NCBI GenBank assembly: GCA_964276515.1
Contig: OZ193910.1
Coordinates: 3,286,001-3,350,000, forward strand
Source of the DNA: Gordius albopunctatus
Lineage: Eukaryota
DNA: 64,000 bases
Reading direction: 5' to 3'
The position numbers and the translations under genes were made by a program. The notes under the pieces were generated by a model. The model was not told the DNA's origin and made no database searches. It saw only the letters and a list, made by a program, of their open reading frames with translations. Shown in pieces: positions 57,030 through 64,000 of the stretch (positions within the stretch are counted from its first letter, which is position 1; every line of letters begins with the position of its first letter).

Positions 57030-60000
57030 ATGGCATTTTTTAATGACAATTTGTCAGTATTCAGACAAATTAAAGATTTATTTCCTACAAAATTAACTGC
57101 AATAATTTTTGTGTCTTATATGATTTTATTTATAAACCAAGGTAATTTATACTTTATTAATTTTAGCCTAAAATAGGTTTACTTATAACATCTACAAAAT
57201 CCAGTGATAATCATTATAAATATGATCCTAAATTAATTGTTATATTAACAGAATATGTAAAGCTTTTTGCATCAGTGGCTATATATTTAAAAAAGTATGA
57301 TTAATGATTGTCAATATTCTATAATGCTAATAAAAATTGGTTATAATGTGCTTTATTTTTAGTGATACCTTTCGTAAATTGTTACTTGAATGCAACATGC
57401 ATAGAAATGGTAAATTAATGTTCATAATTATAAATACACTTTAAAATAACCAATAAAATTAATGTACATATTCTCTCACTAATGATTTAATTCTAATTTT
57501 TATAAATACCTAATGTATACTTAATACTTACTTTTACTTAATAACAAGTATTGTTATACTTAGACTATTTTAACTTTTACTTATATGAATATTTATTGTT
57601 TTTCATAGTTTTTGTTAAGTATTTTATTCCTGCCTTCTTATACTGCCTCTACAACAATTTACAATTCACAAATTTGGCACAATATGATCCAGCTACTTAT
57701 TTTATCCTACTTCAATTCCGTGTAGTGGTCACTGGTGTCATATATCAAGTAGGCAAAATAATAATTTTGACTTTAATTTAAAATTAACAAGTCAACAGTA
57801 TTTAATTGCAGCTCTGATCAATAACTACCTGCTAAAAGTTTATTAAAATAATTATATAAAATTAGACCAAAAATAGAAAACTATATCATTCAATAAAAAA
57901 TTTTGTGGGTTTTTGAATGTTTTTGATTGAGGCAAATTATTTGTTTACTTGGTTAAATGTAAAATCAATCCAAACATAGCCCTACCCATCATACTTAAAA
58001 TAGATCTAGCTGTGCAAGACTATATTTTCATTTTTTATTAAATTTAAGATATATGAGAAGAATGTATAACTAAATGTTTTTTATCTTGAATGCATGGGTC
58101 AAAATAGCCTTATACCTTTAATAATTTTTTTAAAAATATTTTTCCTAAATTTAAAATAATGTGTGCTTTTCAAAAATTGGTCATAAATTAGGTTTGACTT
58201 TTATAATTTGTCTATTTTTGACAAAATAACATAGTTTGGAGTTGACTAATAAAAAAATAAATAAACATTTTTTACTTCTCAGCAATAGGAATTTACTTAT
58301 GAATTCATCATATTAATAAGGATGAGATATAATTAAGGATTTCTTGAGTTTTTTAATATCAGATTTGTTTGAAATTAATTGCTGGCACAAGAGTATATTA
58401 AATTTGTGAAAATTATGCCCTTTGAAAATGGTATAAAAATTTTCAACATGGAGCTTTAAATTGTTTTTGGCAAATATATTAAGCACATAATCTAAATATT
58501 TCAGCCATTAAAATGTTAAAATTGTTCCAAAGTTATATAAATAAATGGCTTAATAGTTATTACTAATTTCTATCATTATTTGAAATAGTAAAGTTCCTTG
58601 ATTCTTATAAGATGCAAAATATTTTTGCAGGATTGATTGTTTAATAACAAAATTAGGAACTTTCTTATTTCATAAATCTTTATCAAGCTACCTTAACTTG
58701 TTTTTCATTTTTTTATTAAAAAATCTTACTTATACAAGTCAAATATTTTTTAATTCTATGTTAAATAAAAATACCAATAATATATATTTTATTGAATAAA
58801 TTGAAATATTAACATTTAAAAGGTATTGTTTTCTCGCAAACTGACATCCACCCAATGGCTTTCCCTCTTCATTCTAACCCTGGGTTGTGTAGTCAAGCAA
58901 ATGAAAATCAGCAATAACACTGCAACAAATATCTCCACTTTGGATTCCATGTTTACCCTGTTTTCGTCGATTCAATTGGACTATCATCTCTTACTAATTC
59001 TCATCCAGGTTGTTCATATATTTTAATTTCTTTTTTTTGTAAGATGTGGCTTTAAGATTTTATGAATTTTCCATAATTTTTTTTATAAATTTATACTCAT
59101 TTGATTGCAATAAACTTATTTTGAAGCATATTGTCAATAGGTATCTATTTTTATAGAGGTATAAATGATATTTGGTCTTTCAAATATACCATTTAGTTGT
59201 AATCGTTTCATAACTTTAGCTGTTAAAAAGTTTTAAAAAATCCTTATGCGGCCCGTGCCAATAATTTATTAGTTTATTACAAAATTTTATCGTTTACGCT
59301 ATTTTCGAAAGTTGCACTTTTGCCCAAAAATAATTTGGAAGTTTTAACGGCATAAAAAAAGGTTTGACAAGGCAGACAATACGGGACATTGATCCTAGCG
59401 AGGGTAAATTAGAGAGGGGGCCAATAACGATTTAGGGAGGGTCAGAATGATCATTTTTTGTAATGGTAGCCACAATTTTGATAAATTTCCACAAATTTTT
59501 GGATTTAGAGGGGGGCAGCCGCCCCTCCCTGCCCCCTGGCTAATGAAATCGGAATATTTGTTATACGTAAATCTTTTATTTATGGTTCTACCTCAGATTT
59601 TGTGTTCCTGTTTTGCCGGAGTTTACAACGAATTTCTGCTCAAAAACAAAACCTCTAGCCAGACCAATGCTCAGAGCCAACTCGCAGCTAGCGCTCGAAA
59701 AGTAGATGTAAACGCGGAAGAGGATACCACTCTGCTGCTAATAAGCACGGACAAAGGGGTAGACGATATTGCCAAGTAGGCTTGTTTAAGATGCGTTGGC
59801 CTTCCACATTTTCCCTAGGATTTTTCCACACTTTATTCAACGCGTTTTAGGTTTAATCTTATAGGCGAGAAAACAATTGAGAGATTCTAGTGTGAAATTG
59901 CTTGAGGACACTTTTTTACATGCCCATCGAGCGGACAATGAGTCTTATTGCTGCATTTAAATATTTTTACGGTTTTAAATCTATATTAATGATATAAATT

Positions 60001-61857
60001 AAATTTTTACCCTTTGAAAATTTATCTTTAATTATTTTCGTTTGTAATCATTATAATTTTTATTAAAACGATATAAAAAAACTAGATGAACCCGGCAAAC
60101 GTTGTTTTGCCATTTACCCGGGGGGTGTATTAAATTATGTTGGAATTTTAGGCCATATATGATGATAAAGCGGTTATTGAAGTAAAAATAAAATTTTCTA
60201 TTGTTCTATTTCCGTATACAGTGCAACGCGTACGAATACTCGAAAACTACTTGACCGATTTGGCTCGAACAAATCTTAAAACATGCGCCGGAGTGTAGGC
60301 AGGAATAAACTGTGAATTTTTGAGCCAAATCGGTCTGGTAGTTTTCCAGAATTGGTGGCGGCCTATATACACACATAGTTTCATTTTTATATATAAGATT
60401 ACATTCACGATTAAAAAACTAATAAAACGCTCTAAACTAAAGGTATGGCATTGATCCGTGTATGGAAATCGTGTTGGATTTAACGATTTCCATCGTCATC
60501 TTTTGCCTCGTAAAACAATACTCTTTCCCATTCCAATATTTGGCAAAAATAAAGAATTTTAAGTTTTATCCGTGGATGTTTTTTGTGAAATATTTGCTCT
60601 AACACTATTTAGATATTTGTTGCATTTTGGGGTTTAGTTTAGTTTGTGAAATCTAATTAAGACACTAAAATTATTTTAGCTGCAATAGAATACCATTATA
60701 AGTTTTCACAACAATTGTTGCAAAAATTACAAACTGGACGGACAACGAACCAATAAATTGCGTAGCAAAAGCAATTAATATGGAAAATATGATGTAGCAT
60801 TAATATGCTGAGCAACTAGTCTCGAGAACCAGGTCATTTCTGTTAAGCAAAAACGAGCTAAATTGCCTCATAGTAACCTAGATAAGATATGTTTTAGGTG
60901 CGCTTTTATAGCTCTACCAAGGTTTAATGATGTCAAAGTCCTTTTTATCCGCATAAAAAGTTTTAAATGCATTGATTTGCTAAATTTTTGATGCGCCACT
61001 TATTTATTTATTTCCTTCATCTTCACAAAATATATGTATTTTAATATATTAAATTTAAAAAAATTAAAATCTCGGACGCATCATATGAGGAATTGTTTTA
61101 TCAACGAACATATTTTTTATGTTAAAACCCTTGCTTGCCAAAATGTAATTGAAAACTATGCAAATCATGAAGAATAGCAATATAACCATGACTTTAATTT
61201 TAGTTAAATAAAAAAAAATTTAACAAATTTCTCTATCCTTAAATCTCGCACATAATCATTATCTATATGCAATTTAGGTTGTTTTAATACTATTCTCCTT
61301 TATAATACGATAATTCATACTTTACTTCTTAATATGATTGTCCAATTTCGTTTTTCACCGTATTTTACAGCAGCGCGGCGAGCCAACCTCATCAAAACAA
61401 AGAAGTGCCTATAATGGTACAAAACGTGTACATGTATCTAGCTTCGATCCTATGCAACTACGCCTATCTATTGCTAGGCCCCGACCCCTCCTATCCATCC
61501 AAAATGGATTCTTCCTCGCGGCCTTTAGTCGAAAATTCCCCACTCATTTCGACCATTAGCAGTCCATTAGCTTTCGACCAAAAGCCGCCCTCATCTTTCG
61601 TATCTCTGCTATTCCACGATTGGCACATCGCTTGTATCATCTTGAACGGGGCCGGCATAGGTCTAGTAACCAGTTATTTCCTTAAATACCTCGATTCTAT
61701 ACTGAAAAATTTTGCCTCGGCTTTAGAAATCATTTTTACAGCCATACTCGCCAATCTGATATTTAACATAGCCGTGGGACCGAACACCATAGTTGCCACC
61801 GTTTTAGTATGTTTCGCCGTTTACCTCTACTCCAAAAATCCTGTTAGAAGAGTTTGA
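57030..61857 (+). CDS. senju: Nucleotide-sugar (UDP-galactose) transporter, senju/SLC35A family, ~422 aa
   Basis: Exons 57030-57141, 57177-57294, 57363-57409, 57609-57748, 58823-59008, 59597-59775, 61371-61857 in phase. Motifs LFPTKLTAIIFVSYMILFINQG, PAFLYCLYNNL, DPATYFILLQFRVVVTG, SCFAGVYNEFLLK, VQNVYMY, FLKYLDSILKNFASALE. Confidence 0.9.
60082..60398 (-). mobile_element. Non-autonomous Helitron, 317 bp, in the last intron of the transporter
   Basis: Minus strand starts TCTTATATATAAAAATG and ends CTAG; subterminal hairpin GGCAAAACAACGTTTGCC (60094-60111); inserted between A and T with no TSD. Confidence 0.9.
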
Positions 61858-64000
61858 AAGTCAAACCGCGGGCATGGGGCCCTAGCCCCCAAAAATTGAG
61901 AAAAAAAACCTTTTTGATATACCAATATGATTTTAAGTTTTAAAATGTTAGATTTAGGAATTGTACAATACACACTTTAGATGTAACTAACCCTTTTTGC
62001 CTATTGTCCTGGAACCTTGTATATTCAATCAATATTTATATGAGAGCTCTTTAAATTCTCGTTTGTTTCATGATTCGCAATTCAATTACACCAAAGCATA
62101 CTCAAAATCCTTTATTCCCTTCTCACCTGAAAGATATAAAATTCGTGATTTATTACATATTTATTTAACATCTTCGACCCAATTTTGTGATTGTATTTAT
62201 GGTTTTATTTAATGTTTGTTAACACTATTTTTATCATCTGTTTATATTTTTAATTGCTATGCAATTTATGTTTTGTGTTAAGTTTTGGATAGCATTTTGT
62301 ACACGCGTCGCGATTAAACATGACACAGGCATGACCTGGTAAAATGATTATGTTTTGTTAATTTATTCGAAAAATAAGATATTCTATGAAATATTATATT
62401 AATGACTTTAGATTTTTAGTATTTGTTAGTAAGTTACGTAAATAGTTGTTTTTTTCTATGACTTTAATTTAATACTTTCCTTATTATAAATGATTTATTA
62501 AACTAAAAGATCATTAATAATATAACCTTTGAAGCGTTTTAATTATTAATATGGTTTTTGAATTTAATAAGAAGGGATCATTATGTGATTTTGAAGGTTA
62601 TTACAAGTCGTCCTAACCAGCATTATAATTATATGGTATAATGAAGGTTTTATTAACACTTCTCTAGATATTTTTTACAAATATTGGATTTTTTTGGGGC
62701 AGGGAGGGGCAATCGCCCCTCGCTACTTCCTTGATTAGAAGAGAGAAAATTAAAAAGAAGTCAAAATCTAATACGAATTAAAAGTTTTTATGCGAAAATT
62801 TAAAAAATACGTAGATTCACTTTTATGTTTAAGTGATTAAGTTTTTTTTAAGTCTAATGTACTTTTGAACATTTGTTAGAAAAATATTTTCGAAATTCGT
62901 TAAAATTATTACCAGACATTAAAGCTTCTAAAATTTAAGCTTTTATTAATGGCTGGCAAATTAACACACTCGTATCATGAATCATATCTATAAATTTATT
63001 TCCAATTTTTATAAATAAAATTTATACTAAAAAATTAGAGTTGATTCACTTATAATAATTTAGCATTTGAATTGTTTGAAGTAATGTCTATTTTTAAACA
63101 TGATTTGGAAATTATGTAAAATATTTAAAGATTAACAATGATCTTTTCATTGGATGAAATTTCAATCGATAGCATATTTTATTCAACAACTCGTGTTAGA
63201 TTCATTCATAGGCTAGATGATAGACTGCTCGACGACAACTTTAAACAAGTGTACAGTTTTCCGCCATTTTGAAATATACACAAAAATAAGAGAAAGACAT
63301 ATAGATTATAATAATCTTGGTTAATTAGGGTGTTTTTGGAACGTAATAAAAAAATATTAAATTAGACATTCAAATCAACATTTTAAAATATATAACATCT
63401 ATATAATTCATAAAAATAAAAAATTAAATATCGTGAGGCTAAAGCAATTTAATGTCATCTGCATTTAATTAAAGAAGGTAAAATCCTTTTTTGTCTTAAG
63501 GGGTAAACTGCATAAAGACATGGGAGATAGTTAAATTCAAAGTCATGCATTTAATGGTACACATTTTACCACAAATTAAATTAGCACGATTTTTATTAAT
63601 TATGGTTTAACTATGTTTTAAAAATCTAAATATCAAATGAAGAAAAAAATAAAGTGGTTAGAATCAGTTTTTAATATTAATAATCGGGTTTATTGATTAA
63701 TTATTGATAGAAACAGTTTATAAAATTTAATCGACTTATCGAAAGTCAATAATATATAAACTGAATGAAAATTTTTTCATATAATTAAATTTTAGCTAAC
63801 ATAACTATTGGAAAAATATTTACATTTTATACAATAAATTAGTTTTTGATTAAATTATTATTATCGATTGTGATAATGTAAATATTCAATATTAGATAGA
63901 TATATACCATATTTTTTTCTTTCCAAGCTTATTAATAAAATTTATAATTAGATAATCCGATAATTATTTGATCTCCCTTTCAAATCATTTATCAGCTTAA

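Noticed and set aside
62300..64000. Terminal AT-rich region
   Set aside because: No interpretable exon chain or structured repeat apart from a MITE fragment near 62690.

Overview
AT-rich, intron-containing animal DNA (a Pitx homeobox gene makes it metazoan; the species cannot be named from sequence alone). All gene models were spliced by hand from GT-AG sites and reading-frame phase, without alignment tools. Four recognisable host genes: DCAF5/WDR22 (-, 12893-1995), Pitx (-, 22412-15401), sterol C5-desaturase SC5D (+, 32727-34992) and a senju/SLC35A-type nucleotide-sugar transporter (+, 57030-61857). Three further genes are largely or wholly missed by the ORF track because they are split by tiny introns: a complete 10-exon, ~316-aa minimal USP deubiquitinase with intact catalytic residues (-, 48728-47268); a signal-peptide-bearing, catalytically dead trypsin-fold gene with three 1-nt frameshifts (-, 38177-36982); and a 5'-incomplete gene ending in a MULE-type zinc-finger domain (+, <10-1262). 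Fifteen modelled introns are only 35-45 nt and about a quarter of acceptors are AAG. The 35-57 kb interval is a nested transposon island: hAT derivatives, a CsRn1/Kabuki-type Gypsy element plus a related solo LTR, an 880-bp fold-back element, RTE LINEs, a CRE-clade LINE, a tRNA-derived SINE and a Helentron-like element. About 20 hAT MITEs, a MULE MITE and a Helitron are scattered elsewhere.
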